Assembly: GCA_964035545.1 (NCBI GenBank)
Contig: OZ037772.1
Coordinates: 12,646,818-12,710,817, forward strand
Reading direction: 5' to 3'
Origin: Bugula neritina
Taxonomy: Eukaryota > Animalia > Bryozoa
DNA: 64,000 nucleotides
The notes below the pieces were generated by a model. It had not been told where the DNA came from, did no database searches, and worked only from the letters and a program-made list of their open reading frames with translations. Positions 14,378 to 27,100 of the stretch are shown here, in pieces (position 1 is the stretch's first letter; each line of letters begins with the position of its first letter). Made by a program: the position numbers and the translations under genes.

Positions 14378-17300
14378 TCATGGAATTACTATTACGGAGG
14401 AGTTTACTTTAAACACTTGTTAGATATTTTATAAATTCATTTATAGCAGCTTTTTGCTACCATTCATTATTAGTATATATAGACTCAGTAGTAATATAAT
14501 TAGTATATGGACTCAGTATTAGTATATGGACTCAGTATTAGTATATGGACTCAGTATTAGAACATATACTCAGTATTAGTATATAAACTCAGTATTAGTA
14601 TAAAGACTCACTATAGCAGTATCTAGAAGTATAATTAGTATAAAGACTCACTAGCAGTATCTAGTAGTATAATTAGTATAAATACTCACTAGCAGTATCT
14701 AGTAGTATAATTAGTATAAAGACTCACTAGCAGTATCTAGTAGTATAATTAGTATAAAGACTCACTAGCAGTATCTAGTAGTATAATTAGTATAAATACT
14801 CACTAGCAGTATCTAGTAGTATAATTAGTATAAAGACTCACTAGCAGTATCTAGTAGTATAATTAGTATAAAGACTCACTAGCAGTATCTAGTAGTATAA
14901 TTAGTATAAAGACTCACTAGCAGTATCTAGTAGTATAATTAGTATAAAGACTCACTAGCAGTATCTAGTAGTATAACTAGTATAAAGACTCACTAGTAGT
15001 ATCTAGTAGTATAATTAGTATAAAGACTCACTAGCAGTATCTAGTAGTATAACTAGTATAAAGACTCACTAGCAGTATCTAGTAGTATAACTAGTATAAA
15101 GACTCACTAGCAGTATCTAGTAGTATAACTAGTATAAAGACTCACTAGTAGTATCTAGTAGTATAATTAGTATAAAGACTCACTAGCAGTATCTAGTAGT
15201 ATAACTAGTATAAAGACTCACTAGTAGTATCTAGTAGTATAATTAGTATAAAGACTCACTAGCAGTATCTAGTAGTATAATTAGTATAAATACTCACTAG
15301 CAGTATCTAGTAGTATAATTAGTATAAAGACTCACTAGCAGTATCTAGTAGTATAATTAGTATAAAGACTCACTAGCAGTATCTAGTAGTATAATTAGTA
15401 TAAATACTCACTAGCAGTATCTAGTAGTATAATTAGTATAAAGACTCACTAGCAGTATCTAGTAGTATAATTAGTATAAAGACTCACTAGCAGTATCTAG
15501 TAGTATAATTAGTATAAAGACTCACTAGCAGCATCTAGTAGTATAACTAGTATAAAGACTCACTAGTAGTATCTAGTAGTATAATTAGTATAAAGACTCA
15601 CTAGCAGTATCTAGTAGTATAACTAGTATAAAGACTCACTAGCAGTATCTAGTAGTATAACTAGTATAAAGACTCACTAGCAGTATCTAGTAGTATAACT
15701 AGTATAAAGACTCACTAGCAGTATCTAGTAGTATAATTAGTATACTCACCCTTGTTGACAGACGTATTAACAAAGGGGAGACAAATTCTCTCAGCACTCA
15801 AGTCAGCAGCTGATGGAGGTGGTTCAATGGATGGCTGAAAACAAGAGAACAGAACTGCATGTACAGCGCATCACATAAACTCTACACACATTATCTCAAT
15901 ACCTAACAGCAAAACCTTACTTTATATTTAATAGCAGTCACTGCAGTCTTTACTATTTAGTAGTAATATTATACTATTTGTAAGTAAGAAAATCATAATA
16001 AGTTGACCTATTACAAGACATCATAATATATAAATTATAGATGCCATATGTAAATATATAATATTATACATAAATAAACATGTAAGTATATTGTATAAAC
16101 TCACCATGCCGGTGTCAGGATTTACTGAACCATAGCAAAAGAGGAAATCCGGGTGAAACTTTATCTCTACAAAACCAGCCAATAAGAGTATGGTGCGGCA
16201 TCCATCAGCCAATTAAAATACTTTGTACTAACAGATGATTGGTTGTACATAAAAACAGCTGAAGAATCCGATTAAATATGAAACTGTTAGGATTAGTATT
16301 ACCATGTGATATTGTTAGATATATGCTAATTGGTAGAATTAGTATTACCTGGTGATATTGCTTGTCTCGGATCGATCTGCGCAAATGTGAAGGTCATATT
16401 ATTGTAAGTATTGTTGTGAAAATTTGTTTGAATAGAGCAATTAAATGCCTGCAAAAGAAATCAAATAATGAATTGGTATAGGAACTGCCTCACTATGAGT
16501 GCATTTTGCAACTAGTTTTCTAATTTGTCTACTAGGATGAGTCGTGTCACCCATCCATGAGCATAAGAACTATAAGTTTCAAGTGTAGAGCTTCCTATAA
16601 CCAACCTGAGTTGACTTGCTAAACACTAGCAGTAGATAAAGGAAAGTGGCTAGTTGCATGTTCATGGTTGACAGTAACAGAGAGCTCATGGTTGACTCTA
16701 AAATAGAAAGTCATAGAGATATTCTGCAACTTCTGAAAATAAATTCAATTTCAATGACTAGGATAGCAAAGCGAGTAACATTTTTATCAATATTTTAACA
16801 CAATATTGGTAAAAACAAAAGGTAATAAATGTTTAATATTTACAGCATTGCATTGTAAAACATTCTTCAATGAAAAACTTAAAATTCAAATTTCTGCACT
16901 ATACCTATTCACTGTAAAAAATTATTGGCAATCAAAATATATTTTATTTTATTTAGTTTTACTCGAATTTACTTTTCTAATACTATTATCATTGATTTTA
17001 TTAATGTGGACTATAGCCACAAGTACTAATTTGAACCCCATGAACTATTGTAATTGTTAAATAATTTCGATATACTATAATTATAGAGATTAAAAATGCT
17101 AAACCTAATATGTTAATGTCATAACAATTACCACTAACTGTAAGCAGTGCCACAAGAGGAAGATTAAGAAGTGCCTGTACAGCAGCAAAACCAAGTGCAA
17201 CACTAACAATTTTTTCGATTGGGACTACTAATGGTTAATAATTACAAGATAAGAATTATCATTATCATTATGATACAACAATAATCATGATAACATTTAG

Positions 17301-17869
17301 TTTTTGTTTTACTTATCATTATGATTATAATAACATTTGATTAAATTTATACTTTATTAACTTCAGCTTGAATTTTAAAGTTGTTATTCAGTTATTGATA
17401 TATTCATGTTCATATTGATATTGCATCGATGTAGTAATTGTATTAAATTTAATGTTGTCAATTGTCATTCATTAAATCACTATGACTGTCAGTATCACCA
17501 TAAGTATCGCTATAAAGTAATACTAATTCTAAGTTTATGGTAATAATCATAATGTAATCACACTGACACTCCCTAGGGCTAGTAATACTAATACTTATAC
17601 TTATAGAGTTATACTTATAGAGTTATACTTATAGAGTTATACTAATAGTAATAGACTAATACTAATACTATTACTATTAGTATTACTAATAAATAATAAT
17701 AGTAATACTAATAGTAATAGTAATAGTAATAAGTAAAGTTTTTATAGAAAAGTTTTTACACTTGTACTTGTAGTCATCGTGATAATACCAACATGCATTT
17801 CAGAACATACATTCATCAAGTTTTTTAGCAAATAAACTTGCTTTAAAATTTCTACTTACCTCTTATCAT
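3068..17869 (-). CDS. Receptor tyrosine kinase (signal peptide, ~400 aa Cys-containing ectodomain, single TM helix, intact kinase domain), 24 coding exons, ~858 aa
   Basis: Phase-consistent GT-AG exons: 17860-17869, 17132-17202, 16349-16448, 16105-16166, 15750-15834, 13750-13847, 12619-12789, 11754-11868, 11392-11483, 10801-10882, 10257-10404, 9618-9678, 9366-9480, 8874-9016, 8491-8561, 8031-8175, 7681-7820, 7414-7523, 6846-6992, 6604-6731, 5522-5581, 4728-4864, 3733-3840, 3068-3245. Kinase motifs [50 protein letters not shown] segment [20 protein letters not shown] followed by TRYKKFK. The two most 5' exons (signal peptide) are less certain. Confidence 0.9.
3270..3370. repeat. ~20-bp minisatellite just inside an RTK acceptor
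   Basis: About 4 copies of actctctcagtatataatac; the acceptor is at 3246-3247. Confidence 0.8.
3478..3567. repeat. Two tandem ~45-bp hairpin units
   Basis: Two copies of taagggggtggggaggaacaacatccaccccttag; each has a taagggg(g)tgg / ccacccctta stem. Confidence 0.85.
4060..4729. repeat. 23-bp minisatellite, each unit containing a GTAAGT donor, starting at an RTK donor
   Basis: Unit caccatgttactgtgtatactta, ~29 copies; gene-sense unit TGGTGTAAGTATACACAGTAACA. Confidence 0.95.
7530..7660. repeat. 23-bp minisatellite filling a short RTK intron
   Basis: Repeated agagtatagaatacagataatat. Confidence 0.85.
8228..8410. repeat. ~43-bp minisatellite
   Basis: About 4 copies of gtgacaaggtgctctatggtagtgtatgatgtgacagacaggc. 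Confidence 0.9.
8562..8766. repeat. 41-bp minisatellite, each unit ending in a 3' splice site
   Basis: Five copies of ctgtaagtataaacgtacatatcaacacatgactggtgtag; gene-sense units end ...TACTTACAG. Confidence 0.9.
9170..9370. repeat. 21-bp minisatellite copying the exon-donor junction ACAAG|GTGGGT
   Basis: About 9 copies of cacccaccttgtagcaccttc. Confidence 0.9.
9910..10215. repeat. 13-bp minisatellite and degenerate derivatives
   Basis: About 10 copies of tatatacagtagg, followed by actagacatat units. Confidence 0.9.
10665..10750. repeat. 23-bp minisatellite
   Basis: About 4 copies of tgagtaacttcaagttgttgacc. Confidence 0.85.
11196..11355. repeat. 28-bp minisatellite
   Basis: About 5-6 copies of ctctgtagtaacacatgtatcctataca. 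Confidence 0.9.
12175..12465. repeat. 19-bp minisatellite
   Basis: Variants agctataaatagtatagag / actataaacagtacatgca. Confidence 0.9.
12805..13749. repeat. 26/31-bp minisatellite occupying essentially a whole intron (12790-13749)
   Basis: About 30 copies of ttaggagttgtgtacactacactatactatg, running from the donor to ~15 nt before the acceptor. Confidence 0.95.
14205..14380. repeat. (TA)n microsatellite
   Basis: Long interrupted TA run. Confidence 0.95.
14480..15749. repeat. 38-bp minisatellite containing GTGAGT, starting at an RTK donor
   Basis: About 30 copies of tagtataaagactcactagcagtatctagtagtataat, decaying distally into shorter gactcagtattagtatatg units. Confidence 0.95.
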
Positions 17870-18830
17870 TTCAGCATTATCTTAAATTCAGGGTTTACAA
17901 TTACTTTTGTTCAGTACCAAGGATGACTATAAGATTCAACACGTGGTGTATAAATATGTTGTTTCTGCTAAGAAAAACGCCTGCAATAGTGAATATCGTG
18001 AAATAACCAACAATCTTTTAATCTTTTATGAGTCGAAGCTATCTCCCCCTAGCATAACAACATTTTACACTTCATTAAAACGCAAGCTATGATTAAACAC
18101 GTGACCCAAACACTTTCCTCCCAATGCTTGCGATTTTGTTTGGTGTACGAAGAATTGTGTTGTTTTATAAATTAAAATAGTGAAAAAAGAAGCTGAGTCA
18201 GCACTATTTATTAATATTTTTTGTTTAATAATTGTAATTTTTGGTCAGTCATATCAACATATCATAATTGAAACTTTTTATTTGCCGACTTGATTCACTT
18301 AAATATAAGAAGTTGTCTCCTTTGTCCTTGCTAGTTTTTTCTGTTGGAGTGAACAGTTAAAAAGCAAATTTATATCTGATCAAAAGTGAATATTATTACA
18401 ATAAATGCTGAAAAATTTGAATGAAAGCAGTTTAATAGTGGATCAACTGAACTTTTCCCTTTAAATATTATATCTATGTTGTGCCTTAGTCATTGTGGTT
18501 TTAATTAGTGCAGTTGAATGGTTTACACTTTACAGTTTCAATGCATTGTAGTGTGCTAATTAAATAACAGATTATATCACTCTAGTTATCACAATTTAGT
18601 CTCCACAAGAGTACTCCATATGTTCCTTAGTTACTGTTGCTATCCCACTCAATACTGATCTGAATACGTATAATAACGAAACGTTGTTAGCTTACAAGGT
18701 ATGAATCTGTATATCTGTATATAATTACTACTGCTGGGTTGTTTTTGAAATAGGTAATTTACTATTTTATACCATGATAGTAACTGAAAGAGAAATATAG
18801 TGTACTGTTTACACATATACTTTTTGAGAA

Positions 18831-18836
18831 TTTATT
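18831..18836 (-). promoter_or_regulatory. Probable polyadenylation signal of the NOS1AP-like gene
   Basis: AATAAA on the minus strand ~330 nt after the stop codon. Confidence 0.4.
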
Positions 18837-19163
18837 AAAGATGAGATATATCAGCATAAGTAACTTAGATTGTGAGACAAAAATAAAATCACAATAATTC
18901 ACTGTTTCTCACACAAGTAATGCTAATAAATAAAAGAAAAAAATAATGAAATCAGAACTTCAACAGCGAAATTTAATTAATGTCGTATATACAAAATACT
19001 ATAAAAACATAAGAAAAATTAGAAAACTAAAATACATTAGAAGAAAAACAAGTTTAGGGATGCACAAAATAAATGGCACTGGTTTAACTATGTATATATA
19101 AGTGTTATCACTGCCTGTTTGACCTTGACCTGCGTGTGATCAACAGCTGCTTTGGTTCCAGTC

Positions 19164-22100
19164 TTAGTCGCTGACACCCACTAATTTATCTAGACGCTTG
19201 TCAAGCTCCGCCTCAAACACCGAGTTGTTCAGCGAATCACGGCTAATAGTGAGCACTGGCTGTGAGCTGATTGGCTGAAACTCAGCGGGCAGAGAAACCT
19301 CTTTAGTCGAGCCTCTCTCTTGAGATCTAACTCTGACAGGAAACAGGACTTCTTCACCTGTAATCATGGAACTCAGTCTACAGAATATGTCTTTACATTG
19401 GAGGTAGGAAAATAGATTCACTAAAAGACGACCTCAAGCAGCAATTCTTAAAGTCGGCCATATGTATTAGAATCAACGGGAAATTATAATTAGCTGAGAG
19501 TAGTGCAGCAGTGAATGACTACCTGGAGAGTCTGTATTGTTGTGAGTCGTCTGCTGAGAAGCTCCCTGAAACATAACACAGCAGATAGTCACTAGGTCTG
19601 AAACTTTACTAAGGAAGTTTAGCTAACAGAATATAAACCATCCTGATTGAAAATTTCCTGTGAATAAGAGCTCAACCAGCAACTCAAAACAGGAAGTGGC
19701 TAGTAAATAAAACAGTCGTTAAAGTCTAGTTGAGATTTAACTTAAGTAAGCAGAGAGTGTAGGTAAGGTTAGCAGTCTATTTAGACAGCGGCTGGAGATT
19801 AATTAATAGTATCTGCTGCTTGAAAAGATGTTATATTCAATTGACATTCCAAACGAATAGAGTAACATAAAAATAGAATCAAAGCCAACACTGAAGACTT
19901 TGAAAAGAGAGAGTAGAAGTCTCCAAAACCGCCTGAGTTACAGCTGACTCCGACAATCAGACTTACTATGAGGTGGGAGAAGTAACTGGCTGACGGCCCA
20001 TGACTTTTCGTAGCTGAGTTCCTTGTTGGAAGCACATCACATGCGGGAGGCGAGAATAAAGTCGTAACTTTCTGAGGAGCATGCGTGTACCTAAGGCTAA
20101 GAGACTGACAACTCTGACTCATCTCCCCATGATGTTTCAATGACCTTTTCTGAAGTGTATGCCGGGGCTGGTGGAGGTCAAAGGCGGACTGGTGTATGAT
20201 GTAGGTCTTGCTCCGGGACAAGGGGTTCACGCTGACGTTCTCATAGTCCTGAGTAGTCTGTCTCTTGGAGCTTCTCTCATGTCTCTTACTCTTTGACGGC
20301 TGGTCTTTCTTTCTACTCTCAGGAGTTTTCTTCCCTTGACTAGTTCTCTGTGGGAGCAGTGGTCTGCTGTCCTGAGAGGATTCCGTGTCACATGGGAGTT
20401 GTCCGTCTACCGGATCTGTAACAGAGACGAATATATGGAACTCTCTGAAACAATTACACAAGAAAAAGATGTTTTAAAAATTCCAATATTTTCAATGACA
20501 GCCCAAATGTGGTGATATAGCAATCAGCAAGCTGTCACTTTGTTCACCTTGACCTTGCTTCAGTTCGCTGACGTCAGCATATAGGTGCTCCTCCAGCTTC
20601 TGGAGTTTTCCGGCAGATATCTGGGAGGTTGGAGTGCTGCTAGTGGCGGAGGACTTGCCAGTACGTTGTGGCGTGAACTCATTGGCTGGTGTGGAGCCCG
20701 TCTCTGAAAGGGAGATACAAACAGAGTTGTTATATCTACTTTATAGTTACGTATAGTGTAGAACTGTAGATCTAGTGTAGAACCATAGATATAGATAACT
20801 ACTCTACCCGAACTGTTGTAGCCGAGAGGAAACTGAGGTTCAATGCTCTCTAGTGACCTTCGTATGACCTTCATCTTCTCATAGATATCATTGACACTTC
20901 GCGTGATTGACTTAGACGGATTGCTACGGCGTGGAATGTGTCTGACAGAGTGAGGGGCCAAGGGCTGGGCCTCACTGACCATTAGTGTGCAGAGAAGTTT
21001 TGAGGCTAAAATGGGATATTACATGTGGTAACTATGGTAACCAAGAGTTGGCAAGCCGTATACTGCCAATAAATAGTTCAATAGATTAGCAATTGATCAA
21101 TTTATTACTCAATCATGTACCAATTATTATCCTAAAAATATTCCCATGATATCCAGTACATGTACTCTCAACAATGAATAAGAGTTTAGTTGGTACTACA
21201 TCTTCTCAGCGATGAATTGTCACTTATTTACAGAGTTATAGTAGAGTTAAGATTAAAATACAAGCTGATTCACAAAAATATAAAAGACAAGACCGCGTGA
21301 AAGCGTTTAGGAGAACAACACAGCTAATCAGTTTACAATATATTGAGTGAAGTTACAATACACCATAGCATGTTACGATATATTATAGCATGTTGCGATA
21401 TATCATAGCATGTTACGATATATTATAGCATGTTACGATATATCATAGCATGTTACAATATATTATAGCATGTTGCGATATATCATAGCATGTTACGATA
21501 TATCTCAAGAGGATATATCGTATATCACATCACGTTACGATATATTCAAAGCATAACAACACTTGTTTACAACAGTTTCACTCACCAAGAGTTAAATTCA
21601 ACTAGAGTAGAATAAATACGTTTGCTGGTCATCTCAGCATTATATTCACTGCTGGATATGTATCCTCACATGTTATGATGTCACAATGAAAGTTGTTACA
21701 TGAATAAAACTCAGCTACTCCACAAGCATGGTGAATTATTCAGTTAGCATTAAAGACAATAGAGATTATTTACAACTACAGAATGATGGTTACCATGGTT
21801 ACCATTTGGAGGATTCCTATTCGGTATAATGGCTGACGAAGTGCTCACAACTCCCTCATCTTGAGCTTCACTGACATTCGGCATGACTGCAGACTTTGAC
21901 TGTAACGTGATGCTTTGACTGGGTGAATAACAGAAGGAGCCGTGTGATTGGTCAACTTCTGGCTTAGGAAGCTGTGATTGGCTGACTCTAATTCTGGCAA
22001 TATCTGTGAATGAGAGGTCTCTCTCCAGACTCTTGTTCTTCTGCAACTTATCCGTTTCGAACTTTGAAGACCTGAAAATGAGGCAACAAGTAATCAAACT

Positions 22101-24103
22101 TCTAGTTTATGGGGAGACAATTCCTGAGAGTATATAGTAATACATACAGATAGTAAGATATACTAGAGTATATAGTAATATAGTAATATAATACTTACAG
22201 CTGATAGCTGGAGTTTGAAGAGGCAGTCAAATTGTGTAAAGTTTTATTTAGTCTTTCTCTTTCCTTCTCCAACTCTTCCCTGATGAAAATATATTTGAAT
22301 CACTATAACTGTAAGCATAGAACTCTTGCTGAATATAAAATACTGTGTAACTTTCAATAGTACAGGTAACTTTCAATATGCAGGTAACTTTCAATAGCGC
22401 AGGCATCTTTTAATAACACAGGTAACTAGTAGCGCAGGTAACTGTTAGCCATGTACATACAGAGCCTCGCTTTGAGAACTTCTGGTAGACATTTCCTTGT
22501 GGCCCGAGTCGGGAGATGTAGTCTTAGTTGATCGGTTGCCACTTTCCGCCTTTGCCTCACTTGCATTGTGGGAACTCGAGAGAATCGGCTGGAAGACAAG
22601 AGTATGAGTCATGTGTAACTGTAACAGTTCTATGAGTAGATACATCATCTGCTTACTGCTAGGACAGGAAATGAGTGACTCACTTCGACTAGAGTCGTCT
22701 GCTGACTCAGCTTCTCTCTCAGCTGCTTGTTCTCTACTGCCAACCTGTTTATGTGCTCCAAGAGATCTTTGTTGTGGTGGAGAAGTTGGTGACAGCGAGT
22801 CTGTTATTACATAACCACATCGGCATCAATATGACAGCATCAATGTAATGAACTAGTTTATTAGAATATTGTACAGGAAATGCAGATATGAGAGGATCGG
22901 AACATGCTAGAAGTCACAGAAACAATAGAAGGAAAGTCATTCTAGAGAAAATGATGACCCTTGAGGTCCCATGCTAGAATTAGTATCGAGGATAAGGGAC
23001 AAAAGTTTTAGAAGAAACTTGCTGAAGGATTGAAGCTGAATAATTTCCTACCATCTAGTAAACTTCAACTACTACTAAAACACGAGCTCATCACGTTCTT
23101 ATAGTTGTCTCACCTCAGCATCATTCCTAGCCTGCGTCTCTATAGCAACCTGCTGCCGCAGCAACTCCGTCTGACCAATAGCAACCTCTATTTGATTTTC
23201 CTGCTGCTCCAGCTGTTGCCATAGTAACTGTATTTCCTGTTGTTGCTGGGCAACATCTTCGCTATTCTAACAACAGAAGTTAGCTTACATGTTATAGTCT
23301 AAGTTATCAACTTGTAGCCCGAGATATCAACCTGTAGTCTAAGGTGTTTACCAGCAGACATAGAACAGCTCTCAGACTATTGTGTTATGATAGGGACTGA
23401 TCTTGGAGTTGTCTCCACAACAGTAGCGAGATTAATCAGACTTGACTCTTACTTAAACATTGTATAAAAGAAGAAATTATTCACAGAATTGTTAAAAGTT
23501 TCAGCTTTTCACTATTCCGTAAAGAATTCATTTTACACTCTTACATTATTTCCTGTTCCGTTGAGTAACAAATCATCACAGCTTTTCTGTTTGAAATCTA
23601 TCAGCTTCTTCCGCCGTCTGCTTGTATCATCAGGTGACTTGTCTACAATCTGATTGGCTGATGGCTGTTCCTCCAACTTTGACCAAGAAGTTTTGAGCTC
23701 AGTGGGCAGTAAGCTAAGGGTATATCAATGCTGAGATTACAAAGCAACAATTTCAAGAAAGTTTTTTCAGCTATAAATTAAAGCATCAAGGGATTAACTT
23801 AAGAGTGAGCTACCTTGACTTTTCCTCTGGCTTCATTTCTCTTTCATCCAGGAATACAGAATCCTCCAATGATCTTTTAGTATCTGCATCACATGACCGG
23901 TTGATGCTGATGTCTGCCACTAGCAGGTCATGTGACTCTCTCTTATCACATGACCTTGACTCTTCCGCATCTGCTGCTGGCTGCCTGTCAGCAACTTGCT
24001 CCTCATTGGCTGGCGTGTCTTGGCAGAGCTCAAAAATTCTACCTAGACCATGGACTATGAGCACAGCCTGAGCCTGCAATAGTATAATAGTATGTGAAAC
24101 TAT

Positions 24104-24152
<49 letters not shown>

Positions 24153-27100
24153 GGAGAGGGAGAGGGAGGGGGAGGGGGAGGGGGAGGGGGAGGGGGAGGG
24201 GGAGGGGGAGGGGGAGCGGGAGGGGGAGGGGGAGGGGGAGGGGGAGGGGGAGGGGGAGGGGGAGGGGGAGGGGGAGGGGGAGGGGGAGGGAGAGGGAGAG
24301 GGAGAGAGAGAGGGAGAGAGAGGGAGAGGGAGAGGGAGAGGGAGAGGGAGAGGGAGAGGGAGAGGGAGAGGGAGAGGGAGAGGGAGAGGGAGAGGGAGAG
24401 GGAGAGGGAGAGGGAAAGAGAGGGAGAGGGAGAGGGAGAGGGAAAGAGAGGGAGAGGGAGAGGGAGAGAGAGAGAGAAAGAGGGGGGGGGATAGAAAGAG
24501 AGATTTACCTTCTTGTAGGCCTTAAAGACATGACAGTGAAAAGTTGTTGGCTCAGACTGCTGACTGGCAGCGTTTGTCATGGCTGCTGACGAAGAGGGAC
24601 CAGAGAGCAGTGATTGGTTCTTTCTGGAGATGTAGCTGAATATTAGGTTGTCCTACAAAGTAAATCAGCCGTTACAACACCTACCCTTGTCTGAGCCTAA
24701 CTATCACGTGGCGTCTCCTGCTACCAACTACTTTCTATTCCTGCGTCCAGGTATGTTTCCTTCTGGTATTTAAAACAATAAAACACATCCGGGTTTTCAA
24801 AACTACGTTTCTAGTTAAGCTTCCACACTCAAAAGCAATAAAGTTTCTATTATCAAATACCTGAAACTAAACTGCTTCAACAGATTTGGTAACCGAAGTA
24901 GCTGTGTCTATCTCACAAGGAATAAGTTTTGCTCGAGAAATCACTTTACCATAATGATAGCCGAAGTATATATATCAAACTGTAACCTGCGTGCAACACT
25001 TAACTACCTGCGATTGCTATGACAAACCTGTGAGTCATGAGAGACAAAGAAGATGTTGGAGATGTGTTCCTCCATTAGCATGAGGTCCAGGGGACGGGTG
25101 GAGTGGGAACCCATCTTCTTCTGTCAAAGAGATAAATTGATGAAATCATTTAAATTCTGCCATTATAAATAGTTTAAGAATATTCAAAGAGTAAATAAAT
25201 AGTAATTATATTATTTACAAAGACATGTCACAATTACATTAGTAACTGGTAGGTTAAACACTGTAAACTATTGCAGAGGAGCTAGCATAAATGTGACAGA
25301 TCTCGTGTTGAAATATGAATTAGATAATAAGATATAAGTATTAAAATATATTCTTGAAACACACTTGGAAATAAATAAAATAAATCTAAGTTATACATGA
25401 AGCCATTATTATATGTTAAATTATAAGTTGGTAGTCAAGTTATGAGTTAAGTTGGTAGTCAAGTTATGAGTTAAGTTGGTAGTCAAGTTATGAGTTAAGT
25501 TGGTAGTCAAGTTATGAGTTAAGTTGGTAGTCAAGTTATGAGTTAAGTTATTAGTTAAGTTCTTAGTTAGGTCATGACTCAAGTCATTGGCTAGGCTATT
25601 AGTCAAGTCAAGTGTATGATGTTTAATACTTGCCAGACTCTTGTTCAGGTAGACCTTGACTCCACCCACTCCGATATACATGACAACTTTCTTCTTCTTA
25701 GTGTTTCTCGCCTTGTACTCAAACTAAGGGGAGATAAACCCAACTACTCTGTACATTGTAACTACACAGTATTAATCTGATCAATATGTGAGAGAACTAC
25801 AGGTTCAGAAGAAACTACATTAAGGGGGTTAGACTGACGTACCCGCACTCTCCTCATGGCCCCGAGAATTTGATTCCTGGTGCTCGGTCTCATCAGGGAC
25901 ATGCTTCCAATATACTATAAATAGAAGAGTTTATAAATAGAAGAGTTTATAAATAGAAGAGTTTATAAATAAAATAGTTTATAAATATAAAAGTTTATAA
26001 ATAGAATAGTTTATAAATAGAATAGTTTATAAATAAAATAGTTTATAAATAGAAGAGTTTATAAATAGAATAGTTTATAAATAGAATAGTTTATAAATAG
26101 AAGAGTTTATAAATAGAATATTTTATAAATAGAAGAGTTTATAAATATATTAAGCTTTAGATAGAATAATTTATGAATATAGTATATGTTATAAATAAAT
26201 TATAAATATATAACATTTTATAAAAAGGATGGTGTATAGCTAAAATAATATACTATATATAAAGAATGACTGGAGAATATATCATGTACCTACTAAATAG
26301 AATAAATATGCTATATATGGAGCAGAAAATAATCACTCTAGTTTAGAAATAAAATATGCTATAGAGGGATGTGGTGTATATACGTATAAACTTTAGCATT
26401 GCAAATAATGGGGAAGTTTAAAATAAAATACAATAATAATAAAATAGATATTATACTATGAATGAGGCAGATGTATATACTCAGCTATCATACAGTATAT
26501 AGTATATAGTATAATATATAGTATATAGTATACAGTATAGTATATAGTATACAGTATATAGTACAGTATATAGCATATAGTATATATAGGTGTAGATGAA
26601 AGTAGAGTAGATAAAAGATGACAGCACTTGGTGAATAGTGGAAAGTATATTCAATGTAATTCATGTGTAAAACACATCTGCTGTGTGTAATCAGATCCCT
26701 GCACACTTGAAATGGAACTACTTGCAGTTATTCTATCAATTTGAATATGAGTTTGTAATCACATTGAGTGAGTCATGGTTAATCAATGATCAGCTAATTT
26801 TAAATACAACAGCTGCTAGATGACATTGTATTAGTAATTACATATACCTACAGGCCCAGGAGGCACACCGCATGAATAATGTAAATTTATTTATGTTTAG
26901 AGAGTTTCTGCTGATGAGTTGTGTAACAGTTACATAAAATACCAGTCTTTAAACCTGGCCTTTTTCTCAACACAATCCCAAATGTGCTACAACTACAAAC
27001 ATACAGCGTCACTGGATTTACACTCAGCAAGTACAAGCCTATTGATTAGAGGAAACGTTGAGTCTCAAGGGTGGTTTGTCTTAGTTAAACCAAAGATTAA

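Noticed and set aside
12805-15749. CRISPR-like regular repeats
   Set aside because: Head-to-tail units with no unique spacers, inside spliceosomal introns.
24094-24580. Poly-GE/RE/G/P ORFs
   Set aside because: Microsatellite translations; only 24509-24580 overlaps a real exon.
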